Below are positions 38,568 through 55,886 of a stretch of DNA of 64,000 bases, in pieces (position 1 is the stretch's first letter; every line of letters starts with the position of its first letter). The DNA is from Macrostomum lignano (lineage: Eukaryota). The DNA is taken from assembly GCA_002269645.1 (NCBI GenBank), contig NIVC01002030.1, positions 338,164-402,163 of the forward strand. The letters run 5' to 3'. The notes under the pieces were generated by a model that saw nothing but the letters and a program-made list of their open reading frames with translations, was not told the DNA's origin and did no database searches. The translations under genes and the position numbers were made by a program.

Positions 38568-39169
38568 GTGTCTCTATATTTGACGTAAAATATTTATAGC
38601 TTAGCAAACTATTCTAAACTGACTAGGAAAAGCGACCCTACAAATTTATAATTACGGGGATTAGTTAAATCTAACAGGTGGAAATGGACTCATGCGACAC
38701 TATTTGGGCTTCTGCACATTATTTCAAGCGATACGAAATTTAACGAAGCCTCTCACATTTTGCACTCGTCAACTTTTGAGAAGTTCGAGCACAATACGAC
38801 GCTTGCAAAATGTTACGCTGCTTGCCAACCCGAAATATAAATAGCAATTTCTCTATTGACTTTCTATTAGGCTATGGTGTAAGCTCAGGCTCGGGACAAG
38901 TAAGATTTCGGGGACCACCAATCGATCGATCATCTGCATGGACCTCGAGTCTTCATCCTGTTTGGTTTTTTTGCGGTGATGCTGGGAGCGATGGCCACAT
39001 AGAGACAGGAATGGGATGCAGACTGCCAGGGATTGAGGAAGATTATATGAAGAATAGTGTTGCGATTTTATGACAGAGAAGGTCGGGAGTAACGGGAAGA
39101 GAGGCGGAGAGAGTGCGAAAGAGGGAGAGCAGTGGAAGGGGATTGGGAGAGATGAAATACTGAGACTGG

Positions 39170-40090
39170 GGGGGGGGGGAGACAGGGAGAGGCAGGTGGA
39201 GAAAGGGAGATGCAGTGAGAGACAGGGAGAGACAGGGTGAGACAGGGAGAGAAGACAGGGGGAGACAGGGAGAGACAGAGGGAGAGGCAGAGAGAGACAG
39301 GGAGAGGCAGAGAGAGGCAGGGAGAGGCAGAGAGAGACAGGGAGAGGCAGAGAGAGACAGGGCGAGACAGGGAGAGGCAGAGAGAGACAGGGAGAGACAG
39401 GGAGAGGCAGAGAGAGACAGGGAGAGACAGGGGAGACAGGGAGAGGCAGGTGGAGAAAGGGAGATGCAGTGAGAGACAGGGAGAGACAGGGTGAGACAGG
39501 GAGAGAAGACAGGGGGAGACAGGGAGAGACAGAGGGAGAGGCAGAGAGAGACAGGGAGAGGCAGAGAGAGGCAGGGAGAGGCAGAGAGAAACAGGGAGAG
39601 GCAGAGAGAGACAGGGAGAGACAGGGAGAGGCAGAGAGAGACAGGGAGAGACAGGGGAGACAGGGAGAGGCAGAGGGAGACAGGGAGAGACAGGGTGAGA
39701 CAGGGAGAGACAGGGTGAGACAGGGAGAGGCAGAGAGAGACAGGGAGAGGCAGAGAGAGACAGGGAGAGACAGGGAGAGACAGGGTGAGACAGGGAGAGA
39801 CAGGGAGAGGCAGAGAGAGACAGGGAGAGACAGGGAGAGGCAGAGGGAGACAGGGTGAGACAGGGAGAGGCAGAGAGAGACAGAGAGAGGCAGAGAGAGA
39901 CAGGGAGAGGCAGAGAGAGACAGGGAGAGACAGGGAGAGGCAGAGAGAGACAGGGAGAGGCAGAGAAAGACAGGTGGAGACAGGGAGAGGCAGAGAGAGA
40001 CAGGGGGAGACAGGGAGAGACAGGGAGAGGCAGAGAGAGACAGGTGGAGACATGGAGAGACAGAGTGAGACGGGATGAGATAGGGTGAGA
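39170..40090. repeat. Purine-rich GAGACAGG/GGCAGAGA compound repeat
   Basis: Near-pure polypurine strand for ~900 bp. Confidence 0.9.
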
Positions 40091-40635
40091 CCTCGTTTTT
40101 CTAACCAGATGCATAGGCTGGAACTCCAAGGCCTCAGATTGCAGTTCCCAATCCAGAGTCTAATTCCAGAGCCACAATAGTGGCCTAGAAGTCGCTAAAG
40201 GCTGGAAAATCCCCAGTCGCAAATTCGAGTCCTCTTCGCGGCCTCAAGTGACCTCTTCTGTGCAAGCAGTGAAGCTGTGTTATTGCCTCTACATCATCTT
40301 GTCACAGTCACAGTCTAAAATTTATGCTCAAGGCCGAGCTTGAATATTTTCGAGCAGCTAGTGGCTTGAGCTCAATAAACACGGCTATAAAGCACCAGGA
40401 CTGCCGGTGCAGGGGCTACAATGCACTTTTGCCACGTTCACATAATTGGGAATAATGTCCTGCAGTGTAGCGTCCCCGTGATGGCTAGCATTTTTGGAGG
40501 TTGACTTTCAGAACGTGTGACAGAAATGCATCAACCGGCACCTGGACTCATAATGTATTCCAGAAATAGGCAGTCTGGCTTTTTCTGGCCTGATGCATTA
40601 TTCATGCAGAGCCTTTTCTGGTTCTGATCCGCTGT

Positions 40636-41137
<502 letters not shown>

Positions 41138-41814
41138 CCGTCCTTATCTTTTTAAGGAGATTTTCAGCGGTGTTGAATGTATATTGTTTTTAAATTAATT
41201 GAATCAATAACTCCAGCAGTTGATAGGCATTGAGGAACAAGGGGTATGAAATAAAGACTCAGAATTTTCTCGAAATTCCTTTCTCAAAGATTGCTTTCTG
41301 TGTTTTTATATACAAATAAACAGTCTTGAAATGAGCCAGCTGCTAAACACAAGCTAATCCGCTTTGACTAAAATCTTCATTTTTCTTCTGCGGTGGATTA
41401 TAGAGAAAATTTATGTTCGCTTTGATAAAAGGGAATTATTGCAGCGGATTACCTGCGCCAAAGCAACAATTGTCCCACAAGCCGCCCACGCACTGCACTG
41501 AATGTCTGCGCATCAATGGATACCCCCTGTTTCATTCATAAGCTGTGCAATTTCTGAATTGACGTTCAATCAGCAATCAACATTTGTAGGATTCAAATTA
41601 ATTTGCAATTATAAATATTTTTCTCACTCTCAGGTGTTTGTAGCAGAGCTACTTTTGTTTGTCAAAAATATCTGAATTCATGGATAGTAATTAACCTGCA
41701 CGTGCAGGATTTGTTTTCAACTTAATTAAATTCGATGGTGCAAGCACTTGCCCTTCCATCGTCACGATCGCCGCTTAAATTGGTCAACCGAATTGAGTAC
41801 CTGTGCTGAAGACG

Positions 41815-41995
41815 TTCACAAACACACAGCCTCAATTACCCCAGCTGATACTGGCACCCATTTTACAGCTGCGTGCACTGAAGCAATGCAGAGGTAAGTG
41901 TCTTGCTTTTGGACACAAATTTTTCCGAGTGGGTCGGGAATCGAACCCCCAACCTTCCAGTCGCGAGTCCGAGGCTCTAATCACAAGGCTACAAC
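41815..41995 (-). mobile_element. SINE family B (CORE-like), diverged copy
   Basis: Similar to the 28607 and 44586 copies; GGTTCGATTCC on the minus strand. Confidence 0.75.
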
Positions 41996-44225
41996 AAAAA
42001 TTTATTCAAAAACAGATACTCTTCATCTTACGTTTTTAATATGCAAAGGGAAACAGCTGTGGCCCGTTCACAAGGTGAGCAGATGCCCAATGTAAGGTGT
42101 GAATTATTATTTGTAATAAACTTGAACCACAATTAGGACAATGGTTTAAGCATAGCGCTTACCTAAGCATTATTATGCAGTGTCAAGTTTGATCTCGATA
42201 GATTTCTAGTACTGATCACAGCACTTTACAGTAAACTAGAATTCTGCGAGTTATTTTGTCTGAAGCTCGCAGAATAGGATTCTAGTCCAAGTCTCTAAAA
42301 AGGTCCTTGCCGCCGCCTACTGTATTTATGTTTTGCAGCCGGCCAATATATCTTTGAAAACAAATATTTATACCTGGTACGTTCTTCACTCCGGTTCACA
42401 GCTGCAGAGATGCCTTCAATGATAATAGTACATCGGGCTTGGCTATCCTCAGTCTAGCTATCTTATTGCAGCTTCTATCGGACCCGATATGGGAGCTGCA
42501 GTCACGCCATGCCCGTGTTTGATATTGGGAATGTATAAGATTTCAACTCTACACACGGCTATGTGTAGGAGCTATAGCGTCGCGTGTGTTCCATATGCTT
42601 CTCAATTGAGCTGTTCCAGATTTTCTTACTATACTGTAGCTATTGCTGAAGGTAATTTGATTCACAATTCTGTCATACTTCTGTACAATCGAATCTGTTG
42701 ACGTGTTTTTCAGGCCCAGGTCAGACACTATCGGAGCGGCCGGAGGAAGAAGGGATGCAGATGCAAACTAGAAATCGAGATTGCGAGTAAGAGGTTGGCG
42801 CAAAAGCAGACGTAAAAATGTATTGATGCAGACAAGGCGATGCAGGCACAACACAATTGGGCCTAAAATATTTATACTCAGCAACAGTCGAAAGTTCCAC
42901 CCTCCAAGCGAGATGGATTTTTTTCACAATTGCGAGTGACGCAACTTGCGTCACGGGCAAAGCTTATTGCCACTTGGGGGTGACTTGGGTCTGCTTAATG
43001 GTCCAAGATGACAACCGAAAGAACAGCTACAGCTGCGCACTCTGCGCTGGCCTTCCCGGTCCCCAGACATGAATCCCATCGAGCATGACTCGTGAGACTT
43101 TCCATTGGCAGCAGCTTCCCCCGGACTTTCTGCCCCGCCTCATCCTGGGGATGCCCCGTAGAGTCGCCGCACTTCTGCGTGCGAGGGGATCCCACACGCG
43201 TTAGTAAGCATCGCGATTCTAACTGCTTATATTGCATAAAAATAAATTGTAACGATTTTGAGGGAAATATGCTAAGACGCAAACTCTTAGCAAGCCGTTT
43301 ATTTGCGAGAGAGTGTAACGACAAAAAGCAGCCGACCTCAGTGGGTCAATAAATACAATATATTTATCTGTGTTGCGTACACGAAGGGCCAGAGACGTAC
43401 ATTAGGCTTAGGGGGGGATGAAAGGTGGCGTGATTGGGTGCTGGTAGAAAATAATTAAAGGGGAGAGGGGGCAGAGTGAATGCGGTGGTTGCGAAAGTGC
43501 AACGACACAACAGTTGTAAGCGCTTTAAGCCTTTTTTAGATTAAGAGTAGTGCCATTGCAGACAGACTGAGTCGTCTATATTGTTGGTTTCTATCATCTG
43601 TAGGTGTAGGTTATCACGGATATGTTATGGTATTTCTCTTCTCAAAAGTACACTGAGCAACATTGAAAAGCTATGACGCAAGGTTTTTCAACTCCTCTCT
43701 CCAGGCGCATTATTGGGTCTGGAGTGGCCGTTCCCAGTGCTGCTCACATGTAGATTGTATGACATTCAACTAAACAACACAAATACTGAAATCCAAGCTG
43801 ACGGAATGCAGGATATTAACTTTCTATTACAGCTCATAGCCGTTAGAAAGCAGAAATACGCGTGGAAAGATGAGGCGTTGAAAAAAGCAACAATGTAAGG
43901 TCAGACAGAAAATGTTAATGCCGATTTAAAATGATTACAGGTTCAAAATTGATAAAAAGTGTTCTGATATTTCCGAACCAGCCAGCCAATCCTGTCAATC
44001 ACATTAAAATAACAAACTTGCAATTTAAATCGATATAGCAGCAGACTAACAGTCGGGTCAATCTTCAACATTTTTACTCTGGCTAATTAAATTTACCATC
44101 AAGTCTTCCGGAAAATCTACCCAACCTTTCAGTCCAGCTACCAGTACCAGTCAGTCTTACCTGACAAACTACCAAGCCGTCTAGAATCTATCTGGCAGTT
44201 TTTCATGTAATCTGCTATTACAGCC

Positions 44226-44585
44226 AGTGGGTTGTAGCCTATTGGTGGGTTTTAGCCTATTGGTGGGTTGTAGCCTATTGGTGGGTTGTAGCCTATTGGT
44301 GGGTTGTAGCCTATTGGTGGGTTGTAGCCTATTGGTGGGTTGTAGCCTATTGGTGGGTTGTAGCCTATTGGTGGGTTGTAGCCTATTGGTGGGTTGTAGC
44401 CTATTGGTGGGTTGTAGCCTATTGGTGGGTTGTAGCCTATTGGTGGGTTGTAGCCTATTGGTGGGTTGTAGCCTATTGGTGGGTTGTAGCCTATTGGTGG
44501 GTTGTAGCCTATTGGTGGGTTGTAGCCTATTGGTGGGTTGTAGCCTGGTGGGTTGTAGCCTATTGGTGGGTTGTAGCCTATTGGT
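44226..44585 (+). repeat. 18-bp tandem array (~20 copies) matching the 5' end of SINE B
   Basis: (GGGTTGTAGCCTATTGGT)n runs directly into the SINE B head at 44586. Confidence 0.9.
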
Positions 44586-44800
44586 GGGTTGTAGTCTAGT
44601 GGTCAGAGCGTCGGACTCACAACTTGAAGGTCGGTGGTTCGATTCCCGATCCCACTGGAAAAATTTGTGCCCTTGAGCAAGACACTTAACTCTCTGCATT
44701 GCTTCAGTTCACCCAGCTGTAAAATGGATGCCAGCATTAGCTGGGGTAATTGAGGGTGTGTGTGACGACCCCCCAGTCCTTGGACTGAACAGCCTTCAGA
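44586..44800 (+). mobile_element. SINE family B (CORE-like)
   Basis: GGGTTGTAGTCTAGTGG A box, GGTTCGATTCC B box at ~44636, then CCTTGAGCAAGACACTTAACTCTCTGCATTGCTTCAGTTCACCCAGCTGTAAAATGG. Confidence 0.85.
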
Positions 44801-44921
44801 TGCGCCGCGCAATAGCTGCGGCTGAGCTGTCGGTTGCACATCTGGCCCAATTGGAGCAGGTGTAATCAAGTATTATTATATTATCATTATTATTATAGCC
44901 ACATAATCCAAGTTCAGTCAG

Positions 44922-48881
<3,960 letters not shown>

Positions 48882-49579
48882 TCTGCTGCGGCAGGGAGCG
48901 AATGGGATCTGATCGTTGTCCGTGTCTGCAGCATCCGCCCTTCGATCTCTTTCTCAGTCCCCAGATTTTGTATCGCGAGTGCAGTGCTCCACAGAGCCAG
49001 CCTGGATTGGCTCGTGTTTCCATGGGGAGCTGAGGGGGGAGGAGGAGGGGAGGCCCTTAGGAGCTAGTTCCCCTTCAGACGCGGGGATGAGATAGGAAAT
49101 TTAGAGGATATATTTCTCTACAAAGAGAGGGGATGGGAGAAGGATGACGATAGGTCGACGAGTGTGAGAAACTCTGAACACGCGACGGGGGGGATTCCTG
49201 GCTTACCTAGTTAGCGGGAAAATTCAATTAGCCAGGCGGGCTAAGACTCTAGATGCAGGATTCTGTTTCCCATTGATCCCCCTAAGCATCTCAAATGAAA
49301 AGCTCGTGTCTGATCCTCATTCCCTCCTCTCCGCTGGAACCCCTAACAAGTGCCGATTGCTAATAGCCCAGGTATTTTCAATTTAGCTTGTAAGCACGAG
49401 CTTTATGAATGCGGAAAAGAATTAGCTATTCAATTTGCAAATGTTGTTTATCAATTTGCAAATGTGCCTGCGGCTTTGCAATTTTTATCGCTAATTAGCT
49501 GGTCTTAATCACGGAAAAATGTAGTTCATTATTTCTTCGATTCGCTTGGAAAATTCTTCACAAATTGTTTGGTTTGGGT

Positions 49580-49985
49580 GTAGAATAGGCATATAATATA
49601 GAATAGGCATAGAATATAGAATAGGCATAGAATATAGAATAGGCATAGAATATAGAATAGGCATAGAATATAGAATAGGCATAGAATATAGAATAGGCAT
49701 AGAATATAGAATAGGTATAGAATATAGAATAGGCATAGAATATAGAATAGGTATAGAATATATAGAATAAGCATAGAATATAGAATAGGCATAGAATATA
49801 GAATAGGCATAGAATATAGAATAGGCATAGAATATAGAATAGGCATAAAATATACAGAATAGGCATGCAATATACAGAATAGGCATAGAATATAGAATAA
49901 GCATAGAATATAGAATAGGCATAAAATATAGAATAGGCATAGAATATATAGAATAGACATAGAATATACAATGGAATAGGCATAG
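49580..49985. repeat. 18-bp minisatellite
   Basis: (ATAGAATATAGAATAGGC)n. Confidence 0.9.
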
Positions 49986-50721
49986 TAGACTGTGCAGACC
50001 ATCTTTTGTTTTAACTTGAGTAACCAGTTATAAAACAACGATAACTGATGGAGTAGCAAAGATCATACAATACTGGCAATCCCAGCTCAATGCAAGCACA
50101 CCGTGATGTTTGTCCTATCCATTCTCCCTCTGTCTACTTGAGTGCAGAATCAATATGTACAGTGCATGCAGAACAAATTTGCTCTTGTCTGTCTACATGT
50201 AGCTAACTAATTGCACTAAATTGTAGCACGCACTTAAATACGGCACTCTTGAAGTATAACAAAAAATGATATAATATTCGAATTCACTACTAAATACGAT
50301 TTCTGTCAGTAGCATACTCTACCGAATAAAAATTCTTGTTTTAATATATCTGAGCATTTGCGCGCAGTTCAGCCGAACTCTCTCAAGGGTCAGAGAGCGA
50401 CTCAAAAGGAATTACATTCAGGCAGTAGAGTTGAGTGAAGCTTGTTGTCAGGCAAGATGCGCAGAAATTCGCCTCGAGAGAGCTCTGGGAGACAGTAAAC
50501 AGGAGAGCACAGAGCAGCCCCCCCCCGATGACCCCCGACCACTACGCAGCCTATTTTTTCGAGGACAGAGTTGTATTCTCTCACTCACGTTCACAGGTAT
50601 ATTTAGGGTGGGTCAAAATTTTATTGCTCAATTTTTTTGTCAATTAGAAGACGTGTGGTCAAATTAATACACCACCGAAGCTAAAAAAAACAATTAGATA
50701 CTAGAAATTTGAAAGATTTCA

Positions 50722-53700
50722 ATGGATTTTCTGCACGCGTTTGAGGACATCGACTCGGACTTCTCCGGTGAGATCACCACCGAGGAGCTGGAGGCTTATT
50801 GCAGACGGCACAACTATGAGGATCGGTTTGTTGAGGTGAGTTAATACAGACTGAGTTGGAGTGAAGTTCCATCTGCTCAGAGGGAGTTCTTGTGTTTGGA
50901 CTATTTACAGTGGAATGAGGTTATTTCATATAACATCCCAGAGTCTGTTGAAGTAGAAGAACGCTAGAGCTGGAAGCCGGTAAGGAACGTATGCTTGTCG
51001 TATCGCTGGTCCATTTGGCATGCTCTCAAGAAATTTGTCTATGGCAAAACCTCATTCAGCTCTATGCGTTCTCTAGAGCATATTAAATGCAATTAGCGAT
51101 ATGACAAATGCACATTCGTTATTGGGCTTCCAGCGTACTATTTCCATTTCTGATGTCCACGTCTATGGCAAAAAGACACTTTTGCATTGTTTAACAATTT
51201 GACGATCATTATTCATATTTTTTTATGCTGAACAATACATTACTACAAACAATGCTTTGTTTTTAGGATCCTCAAACAGAAAAACAATGCAAAGAATCAG
51301 CGGTCGCAGCGCGTGACAACGATTTGTCTATTGCTCGTGCCTACCGGCGCTCGCCAGACAATCGTTGTCACGCACTGGGACCGCTGATTATTTATATTAT
51401 TTTACTAGCTTTGCAAACTATTTGTATTCGTCACTTTCTTAGGTACTTTTCTACTAACGTCGGCTAAACGTCGGTGTAATGTAAAAGTACCCACTAGCCA
51501 TCGACGTCGCAGGACGACAGAAACATCTCTCTTATGTTGGATTGTTGTAGAGGAATGTACGTTAAAGCGCAGAGTTTATTTTCAGAGGAATAAGTTGCAA
51601 TAATATTGGAGTGAGTACATTGAACATCGCGGATATGGGAGTTATGTCATGTACACTGGAGTGAGTTGCAATGCACATTGAACATTGCGTTGCATGGCAC
51701 ATTGCAATGACTTCCTATGCAAGTAGAGGCATTCACAATTAATTTTAACCGAGATAAACGAGCACTGAAGTTTATCCCATTATAATTTCATATTGATGGC
51801 AGAAATGGCTACGACTATTCGACCACGACAACTCGGGCACGATTACAATCGAGGAGTTCTGCGACACTCTCGGCCTAGTGCCCAAACAGGAGTACATGTG
51901 AGCTCTAGGCGTGCTTCAGCCTCTCTTTCGTGCCGTTTTTCTTCCGTTGCTTCTTTGTGAGCTGCCTTTAGGTTCTTTAATAAAGAAAGAAATGATGTGA
52001 CTAAGTAGTGGTGTATGAAAAAGTTCGGCAACGAAAAATATGAGCGAAAGTCACTGAAGGAAGAAAAAATACCAGTACAGTAGATATAAAGACATAAGAA
52101 ACAGCTCAAATATGAACATCAGATCAGCTTTAATGAAGGTAATTTAGCTCAGAAAAAGGATTGCGACCGATTTTAGTCCTTAAAAAGCGAAATTTATGAT
52201 CAAATTGAACAGTAAAATCAGAGAAATAATTCTCTTTAAACCAGGACAGCTTTGAGCTGTTTCGGAATCATTGCAAATTACGTTTGGGTCGTATAGAAGA
52301 GCATAAAAATTGGACAGAATGACATTTTGACACTTTGGGACAGCAGAACGGCTGAACAGAATGACATTTTGACACTTTGGGACAGCAGAACGGCTGGACA
52401 GAGTGCCATTTTGACACTTTGGGACAGCAGAACGGCTGGACAGAATGACATTTTGACACTTTGGGACAGCAGAACGCCTTGACAGAATGACATTTTGACA
52501 CTTTGGAACAGCAGAACGGCTGAACAGGTGACATTTTGACAATTTGGGACAGCAGAAAGACTGGACAGAATGACATTTTGACACTTTGGGACAGCAGAAA
52601 GGCTGGACAGAATGACATTTTGACACTTTGGGACAGCAGAACGGCTGGACAGAATGGCATTTTGACACTTTGGAACAGCAGAACGCCTGGACAGAGTGAC
52701 ATTTTAACACTTTGGAACAGCAGAACGGCTGGACAGAATGACATTTTGACACTTTGGAACAGCAGAACGGCTGGACAGAATGACATTTTGACACTTTGGA
52801 ACAGCAGAACGACTGGACAGAATGACATTTTGACACTGGGACAGCAGAACGGCTGGACAGAGTGACATTTTGACACTTTGGGACAGCAGAACGGCTGGAC
52901 AGAATGACATTTTGACACTTTGGGACAGCAGAAAGACTGGACAGAATGACATTTTGACACTTTGGACAGCAGAAAGGCTGGACAGAATGACATTTTGACA
53001 CTTTGGAACAGCAGAACGGCTGGACAGGGTGACATTTTGACAATTTGGACAGCAGAAAGACTGGACAGAATGACATTTTGACACTTTGGGACAGCAGAAC
53101 GGCTGGACAGAATGGCATTTTGACACTTTGGAACAGCAGAACGCCTGGACAGAGTGACATTTTGACACTTTGGAACAGCAGAACGGCTGGACAGAATGAC
53201 ATTTTGACACTTTGAAACAGCAGAACGGCTGGACAGAATGACATTTTGACACTTTGGACAGCAGAAAGGCTGGACAGAATGACATTTTGACACTTTGGAA
53301 CAGCAGAACGGCTGGACAGAATGGCATTTTGACACTTTGGAACAGCAGAACGCCTGGACAGAGTGACATTTTGACACTTTGGAACAGCAGAACGGCTGGA
53401 CAGAATGACATTTTGACACTTTGGAACAGCAGAACGGCTGGACAGAATGACATTTTGACACTTTGGAACAGCAGAACGACTGGACAGAATGACATTTTGA
53501 CACTGGGACAGCAGAACGGCTGGACAGAGTGACATTTTGACACTTTGGGACAGCAGAACGGCTGGACAGAATGACATTTTGACACTTTGGGACAGCAGAA
53601 AGACTGGACAGAATGACATTTTGACACTTTGGACAGCAGAAAGGCTGGACAGAATGACATTTTGACACTTTGGAACAGCAGAACGGCTGGACAGGGTGAC

Positions 53701-55886
53701 ATTTTGACAATTTGGGACAGCAGAAAGACTGGACAGAATGACATTTTGACACTTTGGGACAGCAGAACGGCTGGACAGAATGGCATTTTGACACTTTGGA
53801 ACAGCAGAACGCCTGGACAGAGTGACATTTTGACACTTTGGAACAGCAGAACGGCTGGACAGAATGACATTTTGACACTTTGAAACAGCAGAACGGCTGG
53901 ACAGAATGACATTTTGACACTTTGGAACAGCAGAACGGCTGGACAGAATGACATTTTGACACTTTGGAACAGCAGAACGACTGGACAGAATGACATTTTG
54001 ACACTGGGACAGCAGAACGGCTGGACAGAGTGACATTTTGACACTTTGGACAGCAGAACGGCTGGACAGAATGACATTTTGACACTTTGGGACAGCAGAA
54101 AGACTGGACAGAATGACATTTTGACACTTTGGGACAGCAGAAAGGCTGGACAGAATGACATTTTGACACTTTGGAACAGCAGAACGGCTGGACAGGGTGA
54201 CATTTTGACAATTTGGGACAGCAGAAAGACTGGACAGAATGACATTTTGACACTTTGGGACAGCAGAACGGCTGGACAGAATGGCATTTTGACACTTTGG
54301 AACAGCAGAACGCCTGGACAGAGTGACATTTTGACACTTTGGAACAGCAGAACGGCTGGACAGAATGACATTTTGACACTTTGAAACAGCAGAACGGCTG
54401 GACAGAATGACATTTTGACACTTTGGGACAGCAGAAAGGCTGGACAGAATGACATTTTGACACTTTGGGACAGCAGAACGGCTGGACAGAATGGCATTTT
54501 GACACTTTGGAACAGCAGAACGCCTGGACAGAGTGACATTTTGACACTTTGGAACAGCAGAACGGCTGGACAGAATGACATTTTGACACTTTGGAACAGC
54601 AGAACGGCTGGACAGAATGACATTTTGACACTTTGGAACAGCAGAACGACTGGACAGAATGACATTTTGACACTGGGACAGCAGAACGGCTGGACAGAGT
54701 GACATTTTGACACTTTGGGACAGCAGAACGGCTGGACAGAATGACATTTTGACACTTTGGGACAGCAGAAAGACTGGACAGAATGACATTTTGACACTTT
54801 GGGACAGCAGAAAGGCTGGACAGAATGACATTTTGACACTTTGGAACAGCAGAACGGCTGGACAGGGTGACATTTTGACAATTTGGGACAGCAGAAAGAC
54901 TGGACAGAATGACATTTTGACACTTTGGGACAGCAGAACGGCTGGACAGAATGGCATTTTGACACTTTGGAACAGCAGAACGCCTGGACAGAGTGACATT
55001 TTGACACTTTGGAACAGCAGAACGGCTGGACAGAATGACATTTTGACACTTTGAAACAGCAGAACGGCTGGACAGAATGACATTTTGACACTTTGGGACA
55101 GCAGAACGGCTGGACAGAATGACATTTTGACACTTTGGGACAGCAGAACGGCTGGACAGAATGACATTTTGACACTTTGGAACAGCAGAACGGCTGGACA
55201 GAATGACATTTTGACACTTTGGAACAGCAGAACGGCTGGACAGAATGACATTTTGACACTTTGGAACAGCAGAACGGCTGGACAGGGTGACATTTTGACA
55301 CTTTGGAACAGCAGAACGACTGGACAGAATGACATTTTGACACTTTGGGACAGCAGAACGACTGGACAGAGTGACATTTTGACACTTTGGAACAGCAGAA
55401 CGGCTGGACAGAGTGACATTTTGACACTTTGGGACAGCAGAACGGCTGGATAGAGTGATATTTTGACATCTTTAGAAGTTTAAGACAGTGAAGCGGTCAT
55501 TGATCATTGATCATTGGATCCTAAGCGAGAATCAGTGTTCAATCTATTGTCAAACCCTCAGGGAGAAAGTGCAAACCAATCGTGAAAAGTCCGAAGGCGG
55601 CGGCATAATGGACGGCGTGAAAATCATTACGGAAGACCCCGAGCTATCCGACTCAACGAAAGAAGAGATCGTTCGCATCGCTCGTCAAGCGCAGGAGCAA
55701 TTTGTCAACGAGCGCGACATTGCGCGTCACATGAAAGCGCGCCTAGACGACATGTTCGGACGCGCCTGGCACGTGATAGTTGGTCGCTACCAGTACGGGT
55801 CGTTCTGCACGCACGAGACTGGCAGCCTGTTTCATTTCTACGTGCTGAGAAATGCCGTTCTGGTGTGGAAAACGCCGGACTTTTAG
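50722..55886 (+). CDS. Tegumental-allergen-like (TAL) protein: two EF-hands plus dynein-light-chain domain, 177 aa
   Basis: Exons 50722-50835, 51803-51897, 55562-55886, phase-consistent (534 nt). EF loops DSDFSGEITTEE and DHDNSGTITIEE. DLC-like C-terminus ERDIARHMKARLDDMFGRAWHVIVGRYQYGSFCTHE...VLVWKT. Exons 1-2 are missing from the ORF track. Confidence 0.9.
52310..55470. repeat. 42-bp minisatellite (~3.1 kb) with higher-order structure, in TAL intron 2
   Basis: (GACAGAATGACATTTTGACACTTTGGRACAGCAGAACGGCTG)n. A short variant TGACACTGGG recurs at 52831, 53498, 53999 and 54668. Confidence 0.95.

Noticed and set aside
42936-42954. Perfect 9-bp inverted repeat GTGACGCAA-C-TTGCGTCAC
   Set aside because: Too short to distinguish from chance in 64 kb; no context support.
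43248-43401. Possible solo LTR (TGTAACG...AATAAA...CGTACA)
   Set aside because: Only ~155 bp, no matching TSD, and no second LTR, PBS or gag/pol remnant.
44181-44699. QPTNRL / LLVGCS repeat ORFs
   Set aside because: 18-bp SINE-head array.
49509-50059. MPILYS / FYILCL repeat ORFs
   Set aside because: 18-bp satellite.
52180-55469. 801-1079 aa Cys-rich minus-strand ORFs (SKCHSVQPFCC..., MSFCPAVLL...)
   Set aside because: They are translations of the 42-bp satellite, which is a multiple of 3 and stop-free on that strand. They switch frame at monomer indels and lie inside TAL intron 2.
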